Assembly: GCA_031414955.1 (NCBI GenBank)
Contig: JANOQV010000084.1
Span: forward strand, 1 to 54,619
Length of the DNA: 54,619 nucleotides
Source of the DNA: Pedosphaera sp.
GTDB lineage: Bacteria > Verrucomicrobiota > Verrucomicrobiia > Limisphaerales > SIBH01
Reading direction: 5' to 3'
The notes beneath the pieces were generated by a model. That model was not told the origin of the DNA and ran no database searches. It worked only from the letters and a program-made list of their open reading frames with translations. This document shows, piece by piece, positions 18,947 through 27,815 of this stretch (positions within the stretch are counted from its first letter, which is position 1; every line of letters begins with the position of its first letter). A program made the position numbers and the translations under genes.

Positions 18947-19702
18947 TTACGCCGCCGTCCCCGCCACCACCGCTTCGATGCGCTGCTGCAGTTCGGCGAA
19001 GATGGCGTCCATCGGACGATGCCCGTCGATGATGGTGAAGCCGTAGAGCGATTGCAGCCGCTTGAACTGCGCCTCGGCCAGGGTCTGGTACTTGAGGAAC
19101 GAATCAAACATGTCGCGCGACAAGCCGAGATCCATGCCGCTTTCCCAATAGTCGAGGGCGAGATTCTTCTGGAAGGTTCGCTGCACCAGTTCCTCGGGCG
19201 AGACGTTCAGGTAAAACACCGCGTCCGGCACGAGCGCAAGTCCGTAAAGGTTCTTCAGCCACTCCTCGTCCATGCCCCGCACCAGATCGCGCACCATCAG
19301 CGTGTAAATGTAGCGGTCGGCCAGCACCATCATGCCGGCGCGCAGCGAGGGCAGGATGACGTTTTCCAACTGGTCGGCGAAATCCGTGGCGTAGAACAGG
19401 CTCAGGGTGGTGCGGCTCAACACGTTGCCGTTCTGAGCACGGTCCAACTCATCGCTCACCAGCGTGGATCGCTTCAACCCCACTTGGATCGAGGCGTGGC
19501 CGCAGCCTTCCAGCCATTCCACCAGCCGGTTGATCTGCGTGGAACGGCCGGAGCCATCCGCGCCCTCGATGACAATCAGCTTCCCGGCCAGGGTCTCCAG
19601 GTCCGCGCCTGGAATGCCGTCGCCGTAAAAACGCCGCTTGGTGCGCGGCGGAAGCACAATGATGTTCCGCTTCTTGGATGGAACTGCGGTCTTGGTGGTC
19701 AT
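18947..19702 (-). CDS. Thymidylate kinase (dTMP kinase)-like protein with variant P-loop
   Basis: LIVIEGADGSGRSTQ (Arg at the P-loop Lys position), LFYATDFAD, VLADRYIYT, PDAVFYL, DYWESGMDLGL; ATGA overlap with the paralog. Confidence 0.85.
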   Translation of the reverse strand: MTTKTAVPSKKRNIIVLPPRTKRRFYGDGIPGADLETLAGKLIVIEGADGSGRSTQINRLVEWLEGCGHASIQVGLKRSTLVSDELDRAQNGNVLSRTTLSLFYATDFADQLENVILPSLRAGMMVLADRYIYTLMVRDLVRGMDEEWLKNLYGLALVPDAVFYLNVSPEELVQRTFQKNLALDYWESGMDLGLSRDMFDSFLKYQTLAEAQFKRLQSLYGFTIIDGHRPMDAIFAELQQRIEAVVAGTAA

Positions 19703-20394
19703 ACGGCCCGGGCCTTGGTACGCGCGAAGGTTTCCAGGTTGAGCCGCGATGCCACCGTCTCACGCACGAAGGATTGCTGGGTTTCAATCGGCTGGTTCGC
19801 ATCCACCGTGACGAAGCGAAATTCCTCACTCATACCCATGTAACGCTCCAGCATCCGCCCCTGGAAGATGCGGAAACTTTCATACGGATCCTTGGATAAG
19901 CCCAGGTCCATGCCGGCCTCGAAATACTTCAGCTCCGGCCGCCCGTCGAGAATGCGGCCCAGCGACACTTCCAAATCCGCCTGGAAGAAAAACGTCAGGT
20001 CCGGCAACGCGGCGAACTGGTACAGCCCGCGCACCCAACCGGAGGAACAGCCCCGCACCACGTCGCGCACGTAGGCGGTAAAGATATAGCGATCACACAG
20101 CACGATGTAGCCCGCGCGCAGCAAGGGCATAAGCTGACGCTCGTAGCGATCCGCGAAATCCGTGGCGTGAATGAGGCTGAAGGTGGTGGGCGTGAGCAGG
20201 TGCTCGTTCTTGCCCTTGCTCGTGGCCGACTTCACCATGGCCGAGGAATTCCACGAGCTGAAAAAAACCTTCAGCCCCTGCAACTCGAGCCACTTCTTGA
20301 GCAGGTGGATTTGCGTGGACTTGCCAGAGCCATCCAGGCCCTCCACGGCGATCAGCCGTCCGGGGAAATTTAATTCCGAGAATGTCTTCGTCAC
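19699..20394 (-). CDS. Thymidylate kinase (dTMP kinase)-like protein with canonical P-loop
   Basis: LIAVEGLDGSGKSTQ, LIHATDFADR, VLCDRYIFT, PDLTFFF, YFEAGMDLGL; probable GTG start at 20394. Confidence 0.85.
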   Translation of the reverse strand: MTKTFSELNFPGRLIAVEGLDGSGKSTQIHLLKKWLELQGLKVFFSSWNSSAMVKSATSKGKNEHLLTPTTFSLIHATDFADRYERQLMPLLRAGYIVLCDRYIFTAYVRDVVRGCSSGWVRGLYQFAALPDLTFFFQADLEVSLGRILDGRPELKYFEAGMDLGLSKDPYESFRIFQGRMLERYMGMSEEFRFVTVDANQPIETQQSFVRETVASRLNLETFARTKARAV

Positions 20395-20581
20395 AACCGC
20401 GCGCAAGCTACGGAGCGCGGCCGGGAATACCAATTTGTTTTTCCGAGCCAGGCGCGACTGGGGTGCTGCTTGAAGGCACAACTCTGGCCACCATCGCACG
20501 CTCTGGGCGGGCCACGTCCTCACAGCTTAAAATCGTTTGCCCCGTGAAGCCGCCCCGGCTACTACACGTCCACTCAAGCCT

Positions 20582-23500
20582 ATGAAAATGTTGTGCGCCG
20601 CCGCTGCCTTGCTCTCCGCTGTCGCCGTCTCCTTTGCCGCCGCGGGTGATTACCAGCCGCCGCGCGAGGGATTCGACTTTCCCATCTACCGGAACAACCC
20701 GCCGGGCAACACGCTCGAGAACGACCCGGTGCGCCGCGCGGCCAAGGAACCCGCCCTAGCCCCGCTCGAAACGCAGAAGAAAATCCAGGTGCCGCCGGGC
20801 TTCGAGGTGCGCCTCTTCGCCGCCGAGCCGATGGTCGTGAATCCCGTGGCGATGACGTGGGACGCGCGCGGGCGTTTGTGGGTGGTGGAACTCTACGAAT
20901 ATCCCAAGGGCGCACCGAAAGGTGCGAAGGGCCGCGACCGCATCAAGATTATCGAAGACACGGATGCCGATGGCGTGGCGGACAAGGCCACCGTGTTCGC
21001 CGACGGCTTCTCCCTCGCCACGGGCATCGCGCTGGGCAACGGCGGCGTTTATCTCGGCCAGGCTCCGCATTTGTATTTCCTCAAAGACACCAACGGCGAC
21101 GACAAGGCCGACTCGCAGGAGATCATCCTCACCGGCTTCGGCATGGAGGATCGCCATGAGTTGCTCAACGGCTTCGCGTGGGGACCGGACGGCTGGCTTT
21201 ACATGACGCACGGCGTCTTCACGTTCTCGAAGGTGCGCGACCCGCAAACCGGCGAGCCTGGGCACGACCCCGACGGCTTCGGCGTGCAGATGGACGCGGC
21301 GCTCGCGCGCTTTCATCCGGTGACGAAGAAGTTTGAAGTGTTCGCCGACGGCACGAGCAATCCGTGGGGCGTGGACTGGAACGAGCGCGGCGACGCCTTC
21401 GTGAGCGCGTGCGTGATTCAACATCTCTTCCACATGGCGCCGGGCGGCCAATACAACCGTCAGGGCGGCAAGTGGGCGAATCCTTACGGCTACGTCGGCG
21501 ACCTGCCGAGCAAGGGACTGCCGGCGGTCGTGGATTTCCGTCACTACCGCGCGGCGCACGCGGGCATCGCCATTTATCAGGGCGACCAGTGGCCGGCGGA
21601 ATGGCGCGGCCTCGTCTTCCTCGGGAACATTCACCAGAACGCGCTGAACGTGGATCGTCTCACGCCCGTGGGCGCGACCTACACGGCGGCGAAGGAATCC
21701 ACGCTGCTCGGTCCGGCGGGCGAAGCCTTGCGGAAGAAGACCGGCGAGAAAGTCGAGAAGGGCGAAGAGTGGCGGCATCTCGGGCCGGGCAATTTCTTCG
21801 TCAGCCGCGATCCTTGGGTGCGTCCCGTGAGCAATCAGACCGGCCCCGACGGCGCGATGTGGGTCATGGATTGGTATGACAAATATCCGTGCTACCAAAA
21901 CGCGCAGGCCGACCCCGAAGGCGTGGACCGCGAATACGGCCGCATCTGGCGTGTGGTGTGGGTGGGTGATCAACCGGGGAAGGCGGTGGCGAGCCGGCCC
22001 ACCAAGACGATGAACTTAACCAGTGTTTCGAGCGAGGATTTGGTGAAAACGCTGGATGACAAAAACATCTGGCAGCGACGTCAGGCGCAACGGCTTCTAA
22101 TCGAACGCACGAAAACAGGTGAGGCAAATGTAAATTTCAAGACCACGACTCCGGAAGGTAAGCGGCATAGCATTTGGACAATGCTCGCCAGATCAGAAAT
22201 GCCTGGTGGCTCATTCTTTGCCACGGAGCGCGAGCCTTCGGTCAGGGCTTGGGCTGCGTACGGTATTGGTTCAATTCGGTTCAACGACCCAGGAGACTTA
22301 GAGGTTTTGAAAAAATTGACTGCGGATGCAGATGTAACTGTTCGCGCGGCGGCGGCAGTTGCCCTTCGCCTGTTTGGCTCCGGCGCTTTGACCGTTAACA
22401 CCAAACCGAAAGTCAATTTCGCGACAGACTCTTTATTGCCGCACTTTTCAGAACTCCTCGCCCGCCCCAGCGTCCCCGCCGACACCTACTACCCGCACAT
22501 CGTCTGGATGGCGATGGAGCCGCGCGTGGCGGCGGACCCGACGCCGTTCTTCCCGCTGCTCGCGGCGAACGACAATTCCGTCTCTGCGTATTGCGCGCGT
22601 CGCGTCATGCGCCGCATCTCAGACCTCACGGACGCCACGGCGCGCGCCCAGCACTTGAATACCGCCATGCAATGGCTCGCCGACAACGCTGCGAAGACCG
22701 GCATCGCCAGCGCGGCGCTCGACGGCTTGATCGAAGCCAGCAAAAGCAAAGGTGCGCCGCCGACCATCCCGCTCGAACCCATCTTCGCCAAGCTCTCGTC
22801 GAATCCCGCGCTGGCCGAGAAGTCCCAGCGCCTCGCCTCCGCCTTCGGCGATAAGAGCGCCACGCGCCTGCTCGTCGCCAAGATCAACGATCCCAAGACG
22901 AGCCTTGAGGAACGCCTGAAAGGCGTCATCGCCGCCAAGGAAGCGAAAACAGACGGCGCACGGGATGAACTGTTGAAGCTCATCAAGACCCCTGTAGCCG
23001 CGGACGTGAGTCCGCGCGCGAACGGATCAGCGCCGACTGACGTCGGCGGCTACGCGACTTTGAAGTCTGAAGCCGTCCGTTCGCTCATGGCCTACGGCTA
23101 CGATCAGGCTTATCCCGTCGTGGAGGCCTGGCCGCAGTTGCCGCCCATGGCGCGCATCGCCGCTGCCGAGACGCTGGCGCGAGGCACGAAGACGGGTCGT
23201 GCGCTTCTCGCCGGGTTGGAGAAGAAGACCGTCTCGCCCAGCGACATTTCCGCCACGGCCCGTCGCGCCTTCGCGACCAGCGAGGACAAGACCATCGCCG
23301 ACACCGCCGATCGTTTGCTGGGCAAGTATCGCGCGAGCGGAGCTGACAAGCTGAAGCTGATTGCCGAAAAGCGCGCCGTGGTGCTCGCGGGCCCGGCCGA
23401 CCTGAAGCACGGCCACGAAGTCGCGAAGAAGACCTGCTACGTCTGCCACAAGATGTACGGCGAAGGCGCGGACGTCGGCCCCGACCTGACCGGCGTGGGC

Positions 23501-23896
23501 CGCAGCACGCTCGACGCGCTGCTGCACAACGTGATTGATCCGAATGAAGTGATCGGCAACGGCTTTGAGGCGACGGAAGTGACCTTGAAGGACGACTCCA
23601 GCGTGAGCGGCCGCGTGGTGGAGGAAACCGGCACACGCATCAAGCTCGTGGCCACAGGGCCGACCGAGCACACCATCGCCAAGAGCGACATCAAGGTCAT
23701 GAACGGCAAGCTCGCGGTGCGCAAAACGGAAGTGAGCCTGATGCCCGAAGGACTGGAGCAGATTCCCGACAAGGATTTCCGCGACCTGATCCTGTTCATC
23801 CTAAATCCGCCCGGCGACAACCGCGCCTGGACGCCCGCGTTGCGCAAGGAATTGATCGGCGAAGAGGCCCCGAAAAAGTCCGCGGGCGCGAAGTAA
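20582..23896 (+). CDS. PVC-type heme-binding CxxCH protein (membrane-bound dehydrogenase-like beta-propeller, HEAT-like region, cytochrome c)
   Basis: Signal peptide; PPGFEVRLFAAEP..NPVAMTWDARGRLWV, DRIKIIEDTDADGVADK, WGPDGWLY, NPWG, GPDGAMWVMDWY; C-terminal CYVCH, VGPDLTG, SLMPEGL. Confidence 0.9.
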   Translation: MKMLCAAAALLSAVAVSFAAAGDYQPPREGFDFPIYRNNPPGNTLENDPVRRAAKEPALAPLETQKKIQVPPGFEVRLFAAEPMVVNPVAMTWDARGRLWVVELYEYPKGAPKGAKGRDRIKIIEDTDADGVADKATVFADGFSLATGIALGNGGVYLGQAPHLYFLKDTNGDDKADSQEIILTGFGMEDRHELLNGFAWGPDGWLYMTHGVFTFSKVRDPQTGEPGHDPDGFGVQMDAALARFHPVTKKFEVFADGTSNPWGVDWNERGDAFVSACVIQHLFHMAPGGQYNRQGGKWANPYGYVGDLPSKGLPAVVDFRHYRAAHAGIAIYQGDQWPAEWRGLVFLGNIHQNALNVDRLTPVGATYTAAKESTLLGPAGEALRKKTGEKVEKGEEWRHLGPGNFFVSRDPWVRPVSNQTGPDGAMWVMDWYDKYPCYQNAQADPEGVDREYGRIWRVVWVGDQPGKAVASRPTKTMNLTSVSSEDLVKTLDDKNIWQRRQAQRLLIERTKTGEANVNFKTTTPEGKRHSIWTMLARSEMPGGSFFATEREPSVRAWAAYGIGSIRFNDPGDLEVLKKLTADADVTVRAAAAVALRLFGSGALTVNTKPKVNFATDSLLPHFSELLARPSVPADTYYPHIVWMAMEPRVAADPTPFFPLLAANDNSVSAYCARRVMRRISDLTDATARAQHLNTAMQWLADNAAKTGIASAALDGLIEASKSKGAPPTIPLEPIFAKLSSNPALAEKSQRLASAFGDKSATRLLVAKINDPKTSLEERLKGVIAAKEAKTDGARDELLKLIKTPVAADVSPRANGSAPTDVGGYATLKSEAVRSLMAYGYDQAYPVVEAWPQLPPMARIAAAETLARGTKTGRALLAGLEKKTVSPSDISATARRAFATSEDKTIADTADRLLGKYRASGADKLKLIAEKRAVVLAGPADLKHGHEVAKKTCYVCHKMYGEGADVGPDLTGVGRSTLDALLHNVIDPNEVIGNGFEATEVTLKDDSSVSGRVVEETGTRIKLVATGPTEHTIAKSDIKVMNGKLAVRKTEVSLMPEGLEQIPDKDFRDLILFILNPPGDNRAWTPALRKELIGEEAPKKSAGAK
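22994..23053. repeat. GTAG-type REP doublet (REPIN-like) in frame inside the CxxCH protein gene
   Basis: GTAGCCGCGGACGTGAGTCCGCG ... CGCCGACTGACGTCGGCGGCTAC: two inverted GTAG-headed hairpins spanning exactly 60 nt (VAADVSPRANGSAPTDVGGY). Confidence 0.8.
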
Positions 23897-23900
23897 CCGT

Positions 23901-24230
23901 ATGAGTCCCGGCCTCGCCTGGATGCTGTTAATCACCGCCGGCCTGCTGGAAATCGTCTGGCTGATTGCGATGAAATATTCCCAGGGCTTCACGAAGCTTT
24001 GGCCCACCGTCATTGTTTTCGCCGTCGGCACGTTGAGCTTCTACCTGCTCTCGCTGTGTCTGAAGTTTATTCCTGTCGGCACGGCCTATGTGGTGTGGAC
24101 GGGCATCGGCGCAGTGGGTGGAGTCATCGCGGGAATGCTGCTCTTCGGAGAAACCCGCGACGCCTGGCGTATCGCCAGCATCGCCCTCGTGGTGGCGGGA
24201 ATTGTGGGCTTGAAGCTGACGGCGAAGTGA
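23901..24230 (+). CDS. sugE: Small multidrug resistance (SMR) transporter, SugE/Gdx-like
   Basis: 109 aa, 4 TMs, W...AGLLEIVW with the conserved TM1 Glu, KYSQGFTKLWP, IPVGTAYVVWTGIG, GIVGLK. Confidence 0.85.
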   Translation: MSPGLAWMLLITAGLLEIVWLIAMKYSQGFTKLWPTVIVFAVGTLSFYLLSLCLKFIPVGTAYVVWTGIGAVGGVIAGMLLFGETRDAWRIASIALVVAGIVGLKLTAK

Positions 24231-24358
24231 ACTTTCGGGCGGCATGTTTGGGCTTGCCTCGCTAAAGGTCATCGCTAATTTGGCCTCGCGAAACATGCCA
24301 GGTATGGCCGCAATTCGTTCAATCGAAACTGCATGAACTTCCTCTCCAGGAGGGCGTC

Positions 24359-25084
24359 ATGAGCCGCCCTTTCCCTTCCCGCTCATCGTGGTCTGGTGCC
24401 CCCAGTGTCAAAGTCAACGGCAAGATCCGCGCCCGTGACGTCCGCGTCATCGGCCTGGAGGGCGAGCAACTGGGCGTCCTCCCGCTGGCCGAAGCCATCC
24501 GTCAGGCGCAGGCGCTCGGTGTCGATCTCGTCGAGATCGCCGCGACCGCCGTGCCGCCGGTCTGTCGCATCGTCGATTACGGGAAATTCCGCTACGAGCA
24601 GGCCAAGAAGGACAAGGAGTCCAAGAAGCACCAGCACGCCAACAAGGTGAAGGAAGTGCAGCTCAGCCCGCAGATCGATCCGCATGATTTCGGGGTGAAG
24701 CTGAATCACGCCATCGACTTCCTGTGCGAGGACATGAAGGTGAAGGTCACGCTCAAGTTTCGCGGTCGCGAGATGGCCCACAAGGAATTCGGTTTCCAGC
24801 AGGTCCAGAAATTCATCGTGGAGCTGGGGCCGTGGGGCCATCCGGATTTTGAACCGAAGCTGATCGGCAAGGGCATCAACGCCATGATCAGTCCCCTGCC
24901 CCGCAACAAGCGGGCCAAGCATCCGAAGGAGTCGGGCGATGGCTCGCCCCACACGCCGCAGAACGGCCATGTGGCCGAGCGCGAGCGTCCGCTGAAACCT
25001 CACTCCGCGCCCCAGGCCGCGCCGGCGCAGTCCGGCTTTGCCAACAATCCCTTCGCGCAACTCGACACGAAGACCGGCTCCTGA
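24359..25084 (+). CDS. infC: Translation initiation factor IF-3
   Basis: VNGKIRARDVRVI, DLVEIA...PPVCRIVDYGKFRYE, VKEV, IDPHD, KVKVTLKFRGREM; SD-like AGGAGG upstream; low-complexity C-terminal extension. Confidence 0.96.
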   Translation: MSRPFPSRSSWSGAPSVKVNGKIRARDVRVIGLEGEQLGVLPLAEAIRQAQALGVDLVEIAATAVPPVCRIVDYGKFRYEQAKKDKESKKHQHANKVKEVQLSPQIDPHDFGVKLNHAIDFLCEDMKVKVTLKFRGREMAHKEFGFQQVQKFIVELGPWGHPDFEPKLIGKGINAMISPLPRNKRAKHPKESGDGSPHTPQNGHVAERERPLKPHSAPQAAPAQSGFANNPFAQLDTKTGS

Positions 25085-25105
25085 GGCAACGCCCGAAGCA
25101 TCCGC

Positions 25106-26143
25106 TCAAGGCTTCAGCACTACATGCCGGATCTTTTCCCGTTTCCAGGTGTAAGTGACATGCACCAGGCCGTCGCTGGTCTGGATGATGGCGGGATAAG
25201 AATACTCCCCCGGCGCGCCTTCCAGCGTGACCACGTTCTTCCATTCCCGCCCATTGGCTGATACGGCCAGGTTCAACGGACTGCGGCCTTTGGGCGTGTC
25301 GTTGTAAACCAGCAGGGCCCGGCCATCCCGCAACATCACGGCGTCGAGGCCACTGCTTGGATTCTGGATGGAGGTGGCGCGCATCGGGGAAAAAGTTTTC
25401 CCGCCGTCCGTGGTCCAGCATTCCGTGACCTTGCCCTGGCGGCTGCGGCAGAGGAGCTGGATCGAATTGGGTTTCCACGCGAGGACGGTCGGCTGGATGG
25501 CGCTGAACTCCTTGCCGTCATTCAAAGCCTCCGTTCGCGACCAGGACTTGCCGGCATCGCGCGTGAACTCCAGGTGGATGCGCCAACCGCGATCCTCGCT
25601 GCTCGAAGGACACCAGAGCCGGTCGCCGATGAGCACCGGCTTGTTCTTGATCGGGCCAAGAATGTTCTCGGGAAGCCGCTCGGGCCGGGACCAGGATTTT
25701 CCGCCGTCCGGCGAATAGGTGACCATGCCCCACCAGTTCGACGGCTTTGGCCCGACCTTGTAATAGAGGCAAAGGGGACCGTCAGGTGCCTGGAAGAGAA
25801 CGGGGTTCCAGCACGGCCAGCGTTGGCCGTCGGCCTGCACACCGTCTGCGACCTGCACGGGCGCAGTCCAGCCGCGGGCGTCCTGCCGCGCCACCCAAAT
25901 CGTCACGTCCGGTTTGCCTTCGTCGCTCCCGCCAAACCATGCCGCCACCAATCCTGAGCTTGATTCCTCGATGGTCGAGGCGTGGCAGGAGGGAAACGGC
26001 GCGGTGTCGTAGATGAACTCCGACTTCAGCACGGTGAAGGGCATCCGGCTGGTCACGCAACCAGCCAGAAGGAGCGGCGCGAGGATCGCGACGAATTTCC
26101 ACGGCCCGGCGAGGAGGCGGAACACACGCGCAGGGCAGTTCAC
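25106..26143 (-). CDS. BNR/Asp-box exo-alpha-sialidase-family lipoprotein
   Basis: Lipobox LLLAGC; CHASTI, AWFGGSDEG, WNPVL, Asp-boxes SPDGGKSW, TRDAGKSW, TTDGGKTF, SANGREW; GPIKNKP, EYSYPAII; GTGA overlap with the upstream gene. Confidence 0.85.
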   Translation of the reverse strand: MNCPARVFRLLAGPWKFVAILAPLLLAGCVTSRMPFTVLKSEFIYDTAPFPSCHASTIEESSSGLVAAWFGGSDEGKPDVTIWVARQDARGWTAPVQVADGVQADGQRWPCWNPVLFQAPDGPLCLYYKVGPKPSNWWGMVTYSPDGGKSWSRPERLPENILGPIKNKPVLIGDRLWCPSSSEDRGWRIHLEFTRDAGKSWSRTEALNDGKEFSAIQPTVLAWKPNSIQLLCRSRQGKVTECWTTDGGKTFSPMRATSIQNPSSGLDAVMLRDGRALLVYNDTPKGRSPLNLAVSANGREWKNVVTLEGAPGEYSYPAIIQTSDGLVHVTYTWKREKIRHVVLKP

Positions 26144-27702
26144 TGTTTGAACTCCTTCTGCTCCGGCTTGGTCACCATCTTCCAGTCATCCGTGCGGAAG
26201 GGCGTGGCCGGCAGACCCTGCTTGTTAAACAAATTCACCACTGGAAAATCAGACCAACCGTAGCGCACGGCGACGGGCTGCGGCACGGCCGGATGGCTCA
26301 CGATGATCTTGCCGCTCTCAATGGTGGCCGTCGCCCAGGTAAAGACTTGGTTGGTGCCGGCAATGGCGAAGCCGGTCAGCGGACCGCCGCGCGCCTCCAG
26401 TCCACCGCCCACATTCTCAAAGCTCAATGTTGCCTTACCCGAGCTGAACTTCGCGCCGGAGAGGCTCGGCCCGTCGGCCACCATCTTTTCGCCGTAGGTG
26501 ATTTTCCGCGCCAGCAAGGCGAGGCGCGCGCCGACCGGTTCCTTCTTCGTCGGGTGAATGTCATCTTTGTCCCCGACATCCGTAATCACCGCCATGCCGA
26601 CTTTCTTCAGATTTTTCGTGGCGAGCAGTTGCGCCTCGCGCAGTTCGGCCCAGGTGCTGGGTTCTGGTTGGGCGGTAATTTCCTCCAAGGTGCGCTGCAT
26701 GCGGCCGTTCACGCGATCATACGGCGCAAGCTGCACTTCGAGGAAAGTGAAGTCGCGATCCCAGTCACGGCGCCAGTTCTTGATCATGTCCGCGAAAAGG
26801 CGGCGATACTGCCAGGCACGGCCCGCGTTGGATTCGCCCTGATACCAGATGGCTCCGTTGACGGCGTACGGGATGATGTTGGCAATCATGCCGTTGTAGA
26901 GTTCGGCGGGTTTCCAGAGGGAAGGCTGGCGCTCCATGAACCTAGTGCCCGCCACCTTGGCCGCATCGCGACGTTTTTCCCAGGCGGTGATTTGAGCCGG
27001 CAACTTGGCCAGGTCATTCCGGTATTTGTTCAGGATGTCGCGCTGGTAATCCTCATCCGCCGCCATCAGATCTTCCCGAATCCACACTTCCGCCGGCGAG
27101 CCGCCCCACGAGGTGTGAAGGACGCCGACCGGCACGCCCAGCGCCTTCTGCAAATCGCGCGCGAAATAATACGCCACCGCCGAAAAGCCCGGCACCGTCG
27201 TCGGCCCGCACTCGACCCACTTCGAGTTCACGTTGTTGGTCGGCGCGTTGAGCTTGAGCTTGGGCACGGTGAAGAGGCGGATGTTTGGATTCGCCGAGAC
27301 GGCAATGTCGTTGGTGGAATTGAAAGACTTGGCCAGACTCCATTCCATGTTCGACTGGCCGCTGGCCACCCAGACCTCGCCCACCACCACGTCGTTGACC
27401 TGCGCTACGGTGCTCTGGCCCTCGCGCTGGCCGGAGACTTTCAGGACGCCCGGCCGGCCCGGTTCCAAGTTTTTCAACTTCACCAACCAACGCCCGCCGC
27501 GCGCGGTGGTGGACGCTTTCTGCCCGGCAAATTCGACGGTGACTTTTTCGCCGTCATCCGCCCAGCCCCAGACCGGCACAGTCGTGCCCTGCTGAAGCAC
27601 CATATGATCAGTGAAGAGGTTGTGCAGGCGAACCTCGGCGTGCGCGCTAACGAGGCCTAGCGCCAGCAAGACGAGAGCGCGGATCAATGCGTTTGGAATC
27701 AT
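26140..27702 (-). CDS. Sialate O-acetylesterase family (SGNH) protein
   Basis: LFTDHMVLQ, GEVWVASGQSNMEW, FSAVAYYFAR, WGGSPAEVW, GAIWYQGESN, DIHP, VAVRYGW, PATPFRTD; signal peptide. Confidence 0.92.
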   Translation of the reverse strand: MIPNALIRALVLLALGLVSAHAEVRLHNLFTDHMVLQQGTTVPVWGWADDGEKVTVEFAGQKASTTARGGRWLVKLKNLEPGRPGVLKVSGQREGQSTVAQVNDVVVGEVWVASGQSNMEWSLAKSFNSTNDIAVSANPNIRLFTVPKLKLNAPTNNVNSKWVECGPTTVPGFSAVAYYFARDLQKALGVPVGVLHTSWGGSPAEVWIREDLMAADEDYQRDILNKYRNDLAKLPAQITAWEKRRDAAKVAGTRFMERQPSLWKPAELYNGMIANIIPYAVNGAIWYQGESNAGRAWQYRRLFADMIKNWRRDWDRDFTFLEVQLAPYDRVNGRMQRTLEEITAQPEPSTWAELREAQLLATKNLKKVGMAVITDVGDKDDIHPTKKEPVGARLALLARKITYGEKMVADGPSLSGAKFSSGKATLSFENVGGGLEARGGPLTGFAIAGTNQVFTWATATIESGKIIVSHPAVPQPVAVRYGWSDFPVVNLFNKQGLPATPFRTDDWKMVTKPEQKEFKQ

Positions 27703-27815
27703 GGGCGAAGTCCAGACGATCCCAGCGCGGGCGTCAAGCTGGGAGGGTGGGGGGAAAGTAATCAGTGAAACAGTATGCAGTGGGAGGAGCGGAGCGCGCA
27801 GCGCGCAGCACTGTC

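Noticed and set aside
22010..22453. DGR variable region as the explanation for the low-GC patch
   Set aside because: No reverse transcriptase or template repeat in the window, and the patch is long, internal and AT-enriched, unlike a short adenine-mutagenised region; kept only as an unexplained patch.
23880..23901. Guanidine riboswitch upstream of the SugE/Gdx-like gene
   Set aside because: Only 4 nt separate it from the upstream CDS and I recognised no riboswitch motif.
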